60,938 bases of DNA from Acidimicrobiales bacterium. Lineage in GTDB: Bacteria > Actinomycetota > Acidimicrobiia > Acidimicrobiales > GCA-2861595. The notes under the pieces were generated by a model that saw nothing but the letters and a program-made list of their open reading frames with translations, had not been told where the DNA came from and did no database searches. The position numbers and the translations under genes are program-made. The stretch spans positions 1 to 60,938 of the forward strand of contig JBKJNA010000215.1 of the NCBI GenBank assembly GCA_046596195.1, given 5' to 3'. Numbering within the stretch: the first letter of the stretch is position 1; each line of letters starts with the position of its first letter. Below are positions 1-10,026 of this stretch, piece by piece.

Positions 1-289
1 AGCACCACCTCGAAGGCGGCCAGCAGGGCCATGAAGGGCGTGGCCGCCTGCGCCCGGGCCAGGGCCCGCAGCCCCTCGGCCACGCCGGGTTCGATGCAAA
101 AGGCGTGGGTGGCGCCGCGGTGGGAGGGCACCGGGGGGCGGGGGTGGTCGGCGGGCAGGTCGAGCACCAGGGGGTGGCCGGTCAGGCGGGTGGTCCAGTA
201 GGCCAGCTGGGCGTCGAGGGCCTCGCCCTCAAGGCTGTCGCCACCGGTGGGAGGACGGGGCCGCCGCCGGGGCGGTCGGCGCTCAGCAT
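1..289 (-). CDS. NRPS condensation-domain protein, 5' part only (runs off the window; start or frame uncertain)
   Basis: The minus frame from about 245 reads GGDSLEGEALDAQLAYWTTRLTGHPLVLDLPADHPRPPVPSHRGATHAF...QAATPFMALLAAFEVV, the typical second half of a C domain. The nearest ATG (289-287, just inside the 3' end of the upstream NRPS) is in a different frame. Confidence 0.7.
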
Positions 290-3200
290 GCCCGCCCGGC
301 CGGCTCGATGCCCGCCAGCTCGGAGAGCCTCGTCTGGGGGCGCTCGACGACCAACGACAGGATGGAGAGGAGCCGGGCGGCCAACTGCTCCACCGTGTCC
401 CGATCGAAGAACTCGGGGCGGTAGCGCAGCCGGAGCCAAAGCTGCTCGCCGTTGTCGTAGAAGGCGAAGACCAGGGGCTTGGTGGTCTCGCCGACGTCCT
501 CCACCCGGTGACCCGCGTGGCCGGGGGCGATCCCCATGGCCGCCGCTCCCGGCACCCACCCATCGGACGCGGCGGGGAAGAACTGGACGTCGACGGGGTG
601 CATGGCCCGGTAGAGCGCGACGCCCTCCCGCCCGAGGGCGGCGGCGATGTCGAGGGCGGCGACATTCTTGTGCTCGAACAACCCGAGCACGGCGTCCCTG
701 GCCCGCCCCACGATCTCGGCGAACGAGGGGTCTCCGGAGAGGTCGGTGAGCAGCGTGGCCGGCACGGCGAAGTAGCCGACCACCCGTTCCAGGTCCGGGC
801 GGTCGCGCGCCGACACGATCGTGGTCACCACCGCCGCGTCGCGCCCGATATACGGGGCGAGCAGCGCGTCGACGGCCGCCACGCAGAGCACGAACATGGT
901 GCTGTGGGTCGGCCCCAGGAGGGCGGTGAGGCCGGCCAGCACGGTGGCCGCCACCGTGACCTCGAAGACGTGTGGTGGCGCCAGCACCGAGTACATCTCC
1001 TCAGGACCGGCAGGCGGCCGATCGTACGGCAGGCCCACCACCATCGGCACGTCCCTGAGTCGCTCCACCCACCAGTTGCACTCTGCCTCCAGCCGCTCCG
1101 GTGTCAGCCAGCCGCGTTGCCAGACGGCATAGTCCACGCAGCCGACGGGCACCGGCTGCAGCTCGGGCTCCCTGCCAGCAGCAAAGGCGGCGTAGGCAGT
1201 CTTGAGCTCGTGCTCCAGCATGACGAGCGACTCCCCGTCGCCCACCAGGTGGTCAACCGTCAGCACCAGTTCGGCCCCCACCCCGTCGAGCAGGACCAGT
1301 CGGGCCCGGAACATCGGCCCGGTGGTCGTGTCGAACGGCTGCGCGTTCTCCCGGGCGACCAGCGCCCGCAGGGCCGGCTCCCGTTCCGCCGGCATCGCCT
1401 CTCCGAGGTCAGTGGTCGCCATCTCGAACGAGGGCACTGGTCCGACAGCCTGTTCGGGCCGGCCGGCCTCGACCGGGAACGTGGTGCGCAGCGCCTCGTG
1501 GCGCTCGACGAGGTACGCGACGGCGGCGCGCACGGCATCGGTGTCGACCGGAGCCGGGAAGCGGTGGCGGAGAGTGTCGTTGAGCCGACCCGGCTCGCCC
1601 CAGCCCTCCAGGGTCCAGAGCTGCTCCTGGAAGGTCGACAGCGGCCCCCGGCCGGCCGGCGTCGCCCGTAAGGGCGGGACAGGGGCAGCGCCGGCGGCGG
1701 TGAGCCCGCCCACGGCGGCGGCCAGGCCGGCGACCGTGGGTGCATCGAACAGGACCCGCAGGGGGAGGTCGATGCCCAGACGCTCGCCCAGCAGGGCTGC
1801 CGCCCGTGCCGCGTGGAGCGACCGCCCACCAAGCTCGAAGAAGTCGTGGTCCCGACCGACTCCGTCGACCCCGAGCACCTCAGCCCACACGTCGGCCACC
1901 AGCCCCTCGAGCCCGGCGCCCGGGACAACCAACGGCCGATGCCGCAGCGCGGCTCGATCGGGTGGCGGCAGCCGGAGGCGGTCCACCTTGCCGCTCGGCG
2001 TGAGCGGCAGGCCGTCCAGCACCACGAAGACCCCCGGCACCATCGGGGGCGTGAGGAACGCCAGGAGGTGGCGCCGCAGCTCAGCGGCCGCGGGCGCAGC
2101 GCCTTCGGGGACCACATAGGCGACGAGGCCGGCATAGCCGGACGCGTCCTCGGTCGCCACGACCACCGCTTGGCCGATTCCCGGATGGGCCAGCAGCCGC
2201 GCCTCCACCTCGCCGCACTCAACCCGCACCCCGTCCACCTTCACCTGGTGGTCGGCGCGGCCGGTGAACTCGAGCGTGCCGTCGGGGAGCTGCCGGCCGA
2301 GATCACCGGTGCGGAACAGGCGGGCGCCGGGATCGGACGAGAACGGGTCCGGCCCGAACCGTTCGGCAGTGAGGTCGGCGCGGCCCAGGTAGCCGCGTGC
2401 GAGACCCGTCCCACCCACGTACAGCTCCCCCGGCGCCCCGGCCGGTACCGGCGAGCCGTCGGCGTCGAGGACGTGGACGGCCACGCCGTCGACGGGGACA
2501 CCGATCGGGACAGGATCGGGGGTACCTGAGTTGACCTCGTACCACGTGGCGTCGGCTGCGACCTCGGAGGATCCGTAGAAGTTGAACAGGCGGCTGCCGG
2601 GCCGGTCATCGACGAACCGGCGGGCCAGCTGCGCAGGGAGCGTCTCGCCGCTCACGATCCAGGTGGTGAGGAGCGCCAGCCTGGTCGCCAGGTCGACCTC
2701 CTGGGACAGCGCCCGGAGCAGCGACGGGACGACCACGATGCGGGTCACGCCGGTGTCCTCGAGGAGCTCGACCAACCGGCGGGGGTCGGGCACGACGTCG
2801 GGCGGCACCACCACGGTCGCCACACCCTCTGACAGCGGGCGGAAGAGCTCGGCCACCGAGTCGACGAACGAGAGTGACGTCTTGTGGCACGCCACGTCGT
2901 CCGGGCCGAACGGCAGCAGCCGGCGGATCCAGCCCAGTCGGGAGACGAAGGCCCGGTGGGTGGCCATCACCCCCTTGGGGGTTCCGGTGGAGCCCGAGGT
3001 GTAGATGACGCAGGCGAGGGCGTCAGCCCCTGCGAGCGGCTCGGGCCGGGTGCAGGGCTCGGCCGCGATGGCCTCCCGGTCCTCGTCGACGTGGATGACG
3101 GGGCGGGCGGCGACCACGGCGGGCAGCTCCGCCCCCCGGGCATGGGCGAGCACGAGCAGAGGGGCGGCGGCGTCGAGCATGAAGTCCAGCCGCTCCGGCG

Positions 3201-3546
3201 GGTAGTCGGGGTCCAGTGGCACGTAGGCGCCGCCCGCCTTCAGGATGGCGAGTAGCCCCACCACCGCGTCGACCGAGCGGCGCATGCACAGGCCCACGAG
3301 CACCTCCGGCCCGACCCCGCTGGCGCGCAGGTGGTGCGCCAGCCGGTTGGCCCGCCCGTCCAACGCTCCGAAGGTGACCTTGGCGGCGCCCTCGAGCAAT
3401 GCGACCTTGTCCGGGCCGATGGCCGCCCGCTCCTCGACCAGTTGATGCAGGGTGACCTCGGGCCGGTATCCCGCCGGGGGGTTCCACGACGACCCCGCCG
3501 GTTCCGGGTCCTGCCTGGTGGACCGGCCGCCGCCCATGCCCACCAC
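283..3546 (-). CDS. Non-ribosomal peptide synthetase module A-T-C, probably activating a beta-amino acid
   Basis: A-domain motifs YTSGSTGTPKG, LFRTGD, QVKVDGVRVE and LPLTPSGKVDR; carrier motif FFELGGRSL; C-domain DHLVGDG; A4 motif FVDS. Confidence 0.93.
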   Translation of the reverse strand: MVGMGGGRSTRQDPEPAGSSWNPPAGYRPEVTLHQLVEERAAIGPDKVALLEGAAKVTFGALDGRANRLAHHLRASGVGPEVLVGLCMRRSVDAVVGLLAILKAGGAYVPLDPDYPPERLDFMLDAAAPLLVLAHARGAELPAVVAARPVIHVDEDREAIAAEPCTRPEPLAGADALACVIYTSGSTGTPKGVMATHRAFVSRLGWIRRLLPFGPDDVACHKTSLSFVDSVAELFRPLSEGVATVVVPPDVVPDPRRLVELLEDTGVTRIVVVPSLLRALSQEVDLATRLALLTTWIVSGETLPAQLARRFVDDRPGSRLFNFYGSSEVAADATWYEVNSGTPDPVPIGVPVDGVAVHVLDADGSPVPAGAPGELYVGGTGLARGYLGRADLTAERFGPDPFSSDPGARLFRTGDLGRQLPDGTLEFTGRADHQVKVDGVRVECGEVEARLLAHPGIGQAVVVATEDASGYAGLVAYVVPEGAAPAAAELRRHLLAFLTPPMVPGVFVVLDGLPLTPSGKVDRLRLPPPDRAALRHRPLVVPGAGLEGLVADVWAEVLGVDGVGRDHDFFELGGRSLHAARAAALLGERLGIDLPLRVLFDAPTVAGLAAAVGGLTAAGAAPVPPLRATPAGRGPLSTFQEQLWTLEGWGEPGRLNDTLRHRFPAPVDTDAVRAAVAYLVERHEALRTTFPVEAGRPEQAVGPVPSFEMATTDLGEAMPAEREPALRALVARENAQPFDTTTGPMFRARLVLLDGVGAELVLTVDHLVGDGESLVMLEHELKTAYAAFAAGREPELQPVPVGCVDYAVWQRGWLTPERLEAECNWWVERLRDVPMVVGLPYDRPPAGPEEMYSVLAPPHVFEVTVAATVLAGLTALLGPTHSTMFVLCVAAVDALLAPYIGRDAAVVTTIVSARDRPDLERVVGYFAVPATLLTDLSGDPSFAEIVGRARDAVLGLFEHKNVAALDIAAALGREGVALYRAMHPVDVQFFPAASDGWVPGAAAMGIAPGHAGHRVEDVGETTKPLVFAFYDNGEQLWLRLRYRPEFFDRDTVEQLAARLLSILSLVVERPQTRLSELAGIEPAGRAC

Positions 3547-3551
3547 AGGCG

Positions 3552-4913
3552 TCAGACGCCGATCGGCACGCCGTTGGACCAGGACTCGGCGAGCACGCCG
3601 TCGGCGGCGGCGATGAACTCGTCGATCTCGGCCCTGCCCACCGGCGTGGACAATGCCCCCATGCAGTGCTGGTTCAACAACACCCCGTGGTTGATGAGAC
3701 CGATGACGAAGCGACGGGTCTGCGCCGCGTCGCCCGCCCGCACGTCGCGGTGGTTGCGGACCGGGCCGCTCGTGAAGTGGATCGTGAACAGCGACGCGTC
3801 GCCGGTGACCTGGGCTGGGACGCTATGGGACGCGAGAAGAGCCCGGAGGCGGGTTCGCAGGTGGTCACCATTGGCATTGAGCTCGTCGTACACGTCGGGC
3901 GTGAGGCGCTCCAGCGTGGCCAGCCCGGCGGCCATCCCGAGCGGGTGGCCGTTGAAGCTGCCGGCATGCGGCATGGGCGTCGGCCGACGGGGGTCGAGCA
4001 CCTCCATGAACTCGCCACGTCCGCCGAAGGCGGCGACCGGCAACCCTCCGCCGAGCAACTTGCCGAGGGTGGTGAGATCCGGCGTCACCCCGTAGCGCTC
4101 CTGCGCCCCGCCGGACCCGGCCCGGAAGGAGATCACCTCGTCGAACACCAGGAGCATGCCGAGCGAGGTCGTGAGGTCGCGGAGCGCCTGGAGGTACCCC
4201 GGCTCGGCCGGGATGCACCCGCCGGAGCCGATGATCGGCTCCACGATGACCGCCGCCAACTCGTGGCGATGCCTGGTGAGCAGGCGCTCGGCCGCCTCGA
4301 CGTCGTTGAACGGGAGGATAACGGCGTGGTCGAGAACGGTGGACGGCACGCCCGCTGAGTCGAACACCGCCACGGGCTCATGCCCCGGGCCCGCCAGCGC
4401 CAGGTCAGGTGTGGTGCTCACCTGGGCGAAGTCGTGGCTGCCGTGGTAGCCGCCCTCGATGAAAGCCACCTTCGATCTCCCGGTGCACGCCCTGGCCACC
4501 CGGAGGGCAAGCATGGTGGCCTCCGTGCCGGAGTTGGTGAAGCGGACGAGATCGAAGGACGGCACCCGCTCGCAGAGAAGCGTGGCGAACTCCACCTCGA
4601 CCGTGTTCGCCGAGGCGAACGACGTGCCCTTGGCAACCTGCTCCTGCACTGCCGCCACCACGCCGGGATGGGCGTGGCCGAGGATCATCGCGGTGTAGTT
4701 GCAGATGAGGTCGAGGCGCTCGGCACCGTCGACGTCGCGGATCCGGCACCCCGCCCCCTCCTCGATGTACAGGGGATAGGGCTCGATGTAGATGCTGGTA
4801 CGGGTGGTGCCGCCGGGCATCACCCGGCAGGCCCGCTCGTACATGGCCCGCGAGCGCGGCGTGCTCCGAAGGTAGACCTCGTCGACCGAGAGCCCCTGGC
4901 TGAGAAGTGTCAT
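3552..4913 (-). CDS. Class III PLP aminotransferase (GSA-aminomutase fold, beta-amino acid transaminase-like)
   Basis: Motifs RFTNSGTEA, GGYHG, LVFDEVISFR, TLGKLLGGG and HAGSFNGHP. Stop lies 5 bp from the NRPS start. Confidence 0.9.
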   Translation of the reverse strand: MTLLSQGLSVDEVYLRSTPRSRAMYERACRVMPGGTTRTSIYIEPYPLYIEEGAGCRIRDVDGAERLDLICNYTAMILGHAHPGVVAAVQEQVAKGTSFASANTVEVEFATLLCERVPSFDLVRFTNSGTEATMLALRVARACTGRSKVAFIEGGYHGSHDFAQVSTTPDLALAGPGHEPVAVFDSAGVPSTVLDHAVILPFNDVEAAERLLTRHRHELAAVIVEPIIGSGGCIPAEPGYLQALRDLTTSLGMLLVFDEVISFRAGSGGAQERYGVTPDLTTLGKLLGGGLPVAAFGGRGEFMEVLDPRRPTPMPHAGSFNGHPLGMAAGLATLERLTPDVYDELNANGDHLRTRLRALLASHSVPAQVTGDASLFTIHFTSGPVRNHRDVRAGDAAQTRRFVIGLINHGVLLNQHCMGALSTPVGRAEIDEFIAAADGVLAESWSNGVPIGV

Positions 4914-5039
4914 GCCGCTCCTTGCAAGGCCTAGCCGTGGAGGCTACCACCCCGCTGCTATTTGCCTTCTACACATGTGACAGGAATGAAACGGCGCCGG
5001 CGTGCTGCACATCTCGTTGTGGAGCACGCCGGCGGTACG

Positions 5040-5489
5040 TCAGTCGCCCAGCTGCCCCCGGATGGCGCCGTCCGGGTAGGTCGTGGAGTGGAGGTTCACG
5101 TAGTAGTTGGACGGCGTCTTGGTCAGTGCCGAGATCTGTGAGCTGGTCACCGGCACGCAACCGGTCGCGCTGTCGGTCCCTCCGAAGGTCATGCCGCCGA
5201 ACAGGGCGACGAAACCCGGCCCGACCTGGCCCACGGGCGCGACGTGCACATGGGTAGCCGTCACCGTTCCGTCGACCGCCGACCAGTTCAGGTTGAAGCA
5301 CAGGCTCTTGGCCGACTTGTCGATGACGAGGGTGGCAAAACCGGTGGCGTCGCGGTCCCCGCCGGTGGGGACCTCCGCCCCGTTCAACGACGTGGTGAGG
5401 GTGACCGTGGAACCGGCCTGGGCCGGCTGGGCCAAGGCCACGCCGGTGCCCATCACGATGAACAGGGCTGCGACTCGTGCTTTCGACAT
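5040..5489 (-). CDS. Secreted CHRD-domain protein
   Basis: ATG at 5489 with GAGGAG SD; signal peptide ending AQA; motifs LNGAEVP, THVH and YYVNLHSTTYPDGAIRGQL. Confidence 0.88.
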   Translation of the reverse strand: MSKARVAALFIVMGTGVALAQPAQAGSTVTLTTSLNGAEVPTGGDRDATGFATLVIDKSAKSLCFNLNWSAVDGTVTATHVHVAPVGQVGPGFVALFGGMTFGGTDSATGCVPVTSSQISALTKTPSNYYVNLHSTTYPDGAIRGQLGD

Positions 5490-5629
5490 TCTGACTCCTC
5501 GGTAGGTAGTGATTACGGTGCGCTGCGTGGGCGAAAGGCGGCGCGGGAGCACCCGGACAGTCGATCCAACGATCGGCGCACCTCTGATCGGAGGGCGGAG
5601 CTTGTCCGCCGGGAGCGGCTCTCTGCGTT

Positions 5630-6607
5630 CTACAGCGGCGAGATGTTGCCGACCTTGTTGCCCAGGTACTCCACGAACCAGACGTTGCTGTCTGGTCCCG
5701 CCGTGACGCCGAAGACACCGCTGTTCGCGGTCGGCATGGTGAACTCGGTGATGACGCCGGCCGGGGTGATCCGCCCTATCTTGTTGGCGTCGTATTCCGA
5801 GAACCAAAGGTTTCCGTCCGCCCCGGCCGTGATCGATTTGGGCTTGGCGTTCGCAGAGGGGATCGGGAACTCGGTGAGGACGCCGGTCGGCGTGATGCGC
5901 CCGATCTTGTTGCCCTGGTTCTCCACGAACCACAGGTTCCCGTCGGGGCCTGCCGTGATCCCGAGTGGCTGGCTGGTCGCCGTGGGGATGGGGTACTTGT
6001 TGGCCACCTTGGTGGCGCCCGGGACGATCCTTCCGATGTAGTTGCCGCCGGTGGCGGTGAACCACATCGCGTTGTCCGGGCCCTTCGTGATGCCGTGGGG
6101 CTGGTCGTAGTTGCTCAACCGGTACTGCTTGACCGTCCCGGTGGGGGTCATCGTCCCGATCTTGTCGATCAGCTGCTCGGCGAACCACAGCTTGCCGTCC
6201 GGCCCGGTGGTCAGGATCCTCACGCCCGCGTTGTTTGCCACAGGGAAGGACGTGTAGCCGGTGCCGTCGATGTTGAGCCGGCCGATGCTCCCGCCGCCCG
6301 TGTGGCCCACAGCGGCCTCGCCGAACCATATCTGGTTGTTCAGATGGGTGATGCCGTACGGGCCGATCGGGACAGGGAACTCGGAGATGACCCCTGCCGG
6401 GGTGACGCGGGCGACCTTGGCGCCCAGGTTCTCGCTGAACCACACGTTGCCGTCGGGACCGGTGACGAGCTGCTGAGGACCGCTCCCCGCAGTGGGAATG
6501 GCGAACTCCGTGAAGGTCCCCGGAGCGGCCCACGCAGGGAGCGCCAATGTGAGCAGTGACGTGGCTGCGACGACGGCAGCCCTCGAGAAGTGTCGAGCAC
6601 GGTTCAC
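5630..6607 (-). CDS. Secreted Vgb (virginiamycin B lyase)-like beta-propeller protein
   Basis: Signal peptide ending AWA; about 7 repeats of P.GIT.GPDGNLWF.E...KIGRIT. Confidence 0.88.
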   Translation of the reverse strand: MNRARHFSRAAVVAATSLLTLALPAWAAPGTFTEFAIPTAGSGPQQLVTGPDGNVWFSENLGAKVARVTPAGVISEFPVPIGPYGITHLNNQIWFGEAAVGHTGGGSIGRLNIDGTGYTSFPVANNAGVRILTTGPDGKLWFAEQLIDKIGTMTPTGTVKQYRLSNYDQPHGITKGPDNAMWFTATGGNYIGRIVPGATKVANKYPIPTATSQPLGITAGPDGNLWFVENQGNKIGRITPTGVLTEFPIPSANAKPKSITAGADGNLWFSEYDANKIGRITPAGVITEFTMPTANSGVFGVTAGPDSNVWFVEYLGNKVGNISPL

Positions 6608-7178
6608 GAATCAACCTCCACGAGAGAACGCAATGCAATGCATGTTCGGGTGGGATGCCCGGCAGCAAATCTAGTCAATGGAACACACGACGACAACCAA
6701 TTTTGTAATCCTGCCGGAAGAGTTTTGGGGGTCTCAGGGCAATCTCGTCCAGGCCTTGCCCTCCCGGCCGGACGAAGAGACCGGGACTGAAAAGCCCCTT
6801 CACCGTCGCTCAGTTGACGCGCAGTTGGTTCCTCGTGCCATACGTATTGGCGGCCCAGACATTCGTGCCGCACGGCGGGGTGAGTTGTCGTCCTCCAAGT
6901 CGAAGCCGCTCGCACCGCCGGAAGATCGCCTTCCGGTAAGGCCCCCCAAGGGCGCGGCAATGGCCCTCCGGAACTCTAGGCGAGGCGGGTATATTTTTCG
7001 ATAGATGCCTTTCGCATCTACTGGTGAGAAAGCACACGCACAGCGGTCGAAGCGTGTCGCTTGCTGCGGAGCGCGCGATGTGGGAGGGGCGGCGATGGTA
7101 CGATTGAGGCCTGTCGAAGGCTCTGCGACGGATGGGGTCCAGAGTATTTTTGCTTCGTCGTCTCGAGGGGGAACAACG

Positions 7179-8108
7179 GTGGCAGCAACCGAGGAAGGGC
7201 ACGCAAGGACCGGGACGGTTCCCGTCGCGTCCGTCCCGGTTCCCGAGCCGTTGCTCCACGGGTTCCAGGAACTCGGCCTGAGTCCCTACGAGGCCCGGGT
7301 GCTCGTGGCGCTGCTGCGCCAGGGGTCGGCCAACAGCGTGGACCTGGCCCGGTTGTCCGGGGTGCCGCGCACGGCTGTGTACCCGGTCCTGCAGGGGTTG
7401 GGCGAGCGGGGCCTCGCCGAGCGGGTCAGCGGTCCGGGCCCGGCCGTCTGGGCAAGCAGGGGCCGCGATCAGGTCATCAGTCGCCTCAAGGCGGCGGCAG
7501 AGGAGCGGCTGCGGCTGCACCGCCAGCGGGCGGACGATCTGCGCGACCTGTTGGAACGCTCGTTCCCGGAGGCGCCGCCCGAGGTTCCGCTTCCCTTCGT
7601 CCACGTCCTTACCGGCGCCAGCCAGTTGAAGGGCACGCACGAACAGATGCTCGGCGCAGTGCAGACCGAGGTGATGATGTTCACCCGTCCCACGTCGACC
7701 TGGGCGTTCGTGAACCCCAGTCAGGACATTCTCGACATGCTGGCCGGCGGGGTGCAGATGCGGGTTCTCTACGAGGCGCAGCAGTGGAACTCCCCCGGCT
7801 CCGAGGCGTTCCGGACGGAGATGACCGTCTATCACGATGCCGGCATGGAAGCGCGGCTGGTCGACGAGCTGCCCGTGCAGCTGGTCGTGGTGGACCGCTC
7901 GGTCGCTCTCGTGCACATGCCACACCCCGACTCGGTGGACGGCTATCCCTCGACCCTCCACGTCCGCCATCCCGGGTTCGCCGAGATGGCCGCTCTCGCG
8001 TTCGAGCAATACTGGGCCGACGCCCGCCCCCTGCGACCCGGCCGCAGCCCCCGTACACCACGCAGCGACGCCCGTTCCTTGCGCGGGTCGTTTCGCAGCA
8101 CCGGCTGA
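7179..8108 (+). CDS. TrmB-family transcriptional regulator
   Basis: N-terminal ELGLSPYEARVLVALL...LARLSGVPRTAVYPVLQGL HTH, then a PLD-like effector domain. GTG at 7179 follows a GAGGGGG SD. Confidence 0.85.
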   Translation: MAATEEGHARTGTVPVASVPVPEPLLHGFQELGLSPYEARVLVALLRQGSANSVDLARLSGVPRTAVYPVLQGLGERGLAERVSGPGPAVWASRGRDQVISRLKAAAEERLRLHRQRADDLRDLLERSFPEAPPEVPLPFVHVLTGASQLKGTHEQMLGAVQTEVMMFTRPTSTWAFVNPSQDILDMLAGGVQMRVLYEAQQWNSPGSEAFRTEMTVYHDAGMEARLVDELPVQLVVVDRSVALVHMPHPDSVDGYPSTLHVRHPGFAEMAALAFEQYWADARPLRPGRSPRTPRSDARSLRGSFRSTG

Positions 8109-8200
8109 CGCCAGCCAGGGGCGACCGGGGCCCGAACCACCGCCGCTGTGTGGTTCCGGCCCTGGCCCCCATTCCACCTCGGTCGGGCTCTGGCCGCCCC

Positions 8201-9754
8201 TCACCGCCCCATGATGAGGCTCTGGGCCTTGCTGAAGGCCTGTGCGCCCGCCAGGCGGCCGGTGGCGCGGGCGTCGAGGTCGCCCTGCGCGAAGTGGATG
8301 CCGCCGTAGAGGCGGGAGATCCCCGCCTCGTCGGCGGCGTCGGAGAACGTGGGCCAGCTCAGCTTGACGTCGCCAGCAGGCGCAAAACCGGGTTCCACCA
8401 CTGAGCTCCCGGCCCGGATGGTCACCGAGGCGCCGAAGGTGTCCTTGCCGGTGAAGAGCCTGAGGACCTCGGCGCCGGCGGCGCTGAAGTTGCTGTGCCC
8501 CGAGGAGTACTCGCCGAACGGGGGCGTGGGAAAGTAGGAGGGCTGGTAGGGGCGCCAGCTCCCGCCGTCGATCATCTTCGTGCCCTGGTTCGGCCCGCCC
8601 CACGCCATGACCTGCTGCCCGTTGAACAGGGAGCGGATGGCGGTGATGGGCCGCACCGAGTCGAAGGCGATCTTGTTGTCCCACGCCACGATGCCTGCGT
8701 CGAAGATGGCGTTGGTGAGGGCGAAGAACATCTGCACGTCCTCGTTGATGCCATGGTTGTCACGTCGTGACACGTACTGGGCGAACAGGTTCCAGTGCCC
8801 CGGCGGGAGCTCGGATTTCGGCCCGTCGGCCCAGTACTCGGCGATCGCCTTCTGCCGGTCGGTCAGGTTGGCGCTTATCTCGAGGACGTCCCGGGCCTGC
8901 TGGACGAACTGCGGCGAGCCTGCACGGGCCGGGCCCGTCGCCGACCGGAACTGGCTGCCGCTCGTGAGGGCGAAGGGGGCGACGCGGTTCCAATAGGGAG
9001 CGAGGCAATCCGGCGTGACGGGGACGCCGGCTGCATCGGGGTACCGGAGCGGCTGCCAGCGGTTCAGGTCAGTGATGGTCGTGGGATCCAACGGGTTCGC
9101 AACCACCATGGGGTCGTTAACGGGCATGTACCCGCTGTACTCGGAGTACGGGGCGCCCCCGTTGATGTCGCCGAGCTGGTTGGACCCGTCGTGGTGGCGG
9201 AAGTCGAGCACCGCCGCGCATGCGACGTTGCCAATGCCGGCCGGCGTCGCCACGTCGGTGGTGATGTTCGCCGGGTCGTAGCCGTGGCCTGCCATCACCG
9301 CGTTGTACGAGGCAGCAGCGGCCGGCATCAGGTCCATGGCGGCCCGGTAGGCGGCGAAGCTGATCGCCTCCTCCTTGTTCGACTCCTTGCGATCCGTGAC
9401 GGGTCGGCGCAGCGTGGCTCCGAGCTGCGTCCCCACCGCCTTCTGGTCGTAGGCAGCCCAGGCGTCGAACATGCAGGTATGGACGATGGCGAGCGCCCGG
9501 GACACCTGCGGCGGCCCGAGCTTGGAGCGGCGGACGCCCTCGAGCACTGCCGCATTCCACTGCACGACGATGGTGTCCTGCGCCGGCTTTGCCTTCGGGG
9601 CGGCCCCTTCTGCCGAGCTGGGCGACGCCGGCCACGCCATCATCGATCCGAGGATGCCGGCTGCGCACAGCACGCCGACGCTCCGTCGGGCCGGCCCCGC
9701 ACCGAATCGCGAGCCCTGCCGCGCCGGGCCCTTCGCCCACACTTGCATGATCAT
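8201..9754 (-). CDS. Vanadium-dependent haloperoxidase / PAP2 superfamily protein, probably secreted
   Basis: Active-site motifs WDNK...VRP, PPFGEYSSGHS and SRLYGGIHF; N-terminal signal-like segment. Start could be 9754 or 9748. Confidence 0.85.
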   Translation of the reverse strand: MIMQVWAKGPARQGSRFGAGPARRSVGVLCAAGILGSMMAWPASPSSAEGAAPKAKPAQDTIVVQWNAAVLEGVRRSKLGPPQVSRALAIVHTCMFDAWAAYDQKAVGTQLGATLRRPVTDRKESNKEEAISFAAYRAAMDLMPAAAASYNAVMAGHGYDPANITTDVATPAGIGNVACAAVLDFRHHDGSNQLGDINGGAPYSEYSGYMPVNDPMVVANPLDPTTITDLNRWQPLRYPDAAGVPVTPDCLAPYWNRVAPFALTSGSQFRSATGPARAGSPQFVQQARDVLEISANLTDRQKAIAEYWADGPKSELPPGHWNLFAQYVSRRDNHGINEDVQMFFALTNAIFDAGIVAWDNKIAFDSVRPITAIRSLFNGQQVMAWGGPNQGTKMIDGGSWRPYQPSYFPTPPFGEYSSGHSNFSAAGAEVLRLFTGKDTFGASVTIRAGSSVVEPGFAPAGDVKLSWPTFSDAADEAGISRLYGGIHFAQGDLDARATGRLAGAQAFSKAQSLIMGR

Positions 9755-10026
9755 GCGTCCCCTTTTGTCGAGCCATTCGACTTGCACACAAGAACGAAGC
9801 AAAATTAGGTGCCTGCGACCGCCACGCAGCGCCGACGAATCGAAGACCGCCGCTTCGGACCGGTCCTTTGACGCCGTGAGCGCGTCACCCCATCTATTCG
9901 CGATGTACCGATAGAAACATACTGGTCCCCACTGCGACCGACAAGGGTCAAAGCGTCGAGATCAAGGTCCGAAATTGACACGGTTCACCCTCGCCGTGGC
10001 ATTTTCACGCGCCATCATGTCCCTTG

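Noticed and set aside
3552-4913. hemL
   Set aside because: It lacks the HemL GGVNSPVR motif (has GGTTRT), there are no hem genes nearby, and it is coupled to an NRPS.
5630-6607. Streptogramin B resistance gene vgb (also 42470-43462)
   Set aside because: Both have signal peptides, and their last blades lack the EPHG motif of true Vgb lyases, so only the fold is supported.
5040-6668. 542-aa ORF
   Set aside because: The N-terminal part is an off-frame read of the Vgb-like gene; only the CHRD part from 5489 has an SD and a recognisable domain.
6678-7004. 108-aa ORF between the Vgb-like and TrmB genes
   Set aside because: No motif or clear SD; more likely a divergent promoter region.
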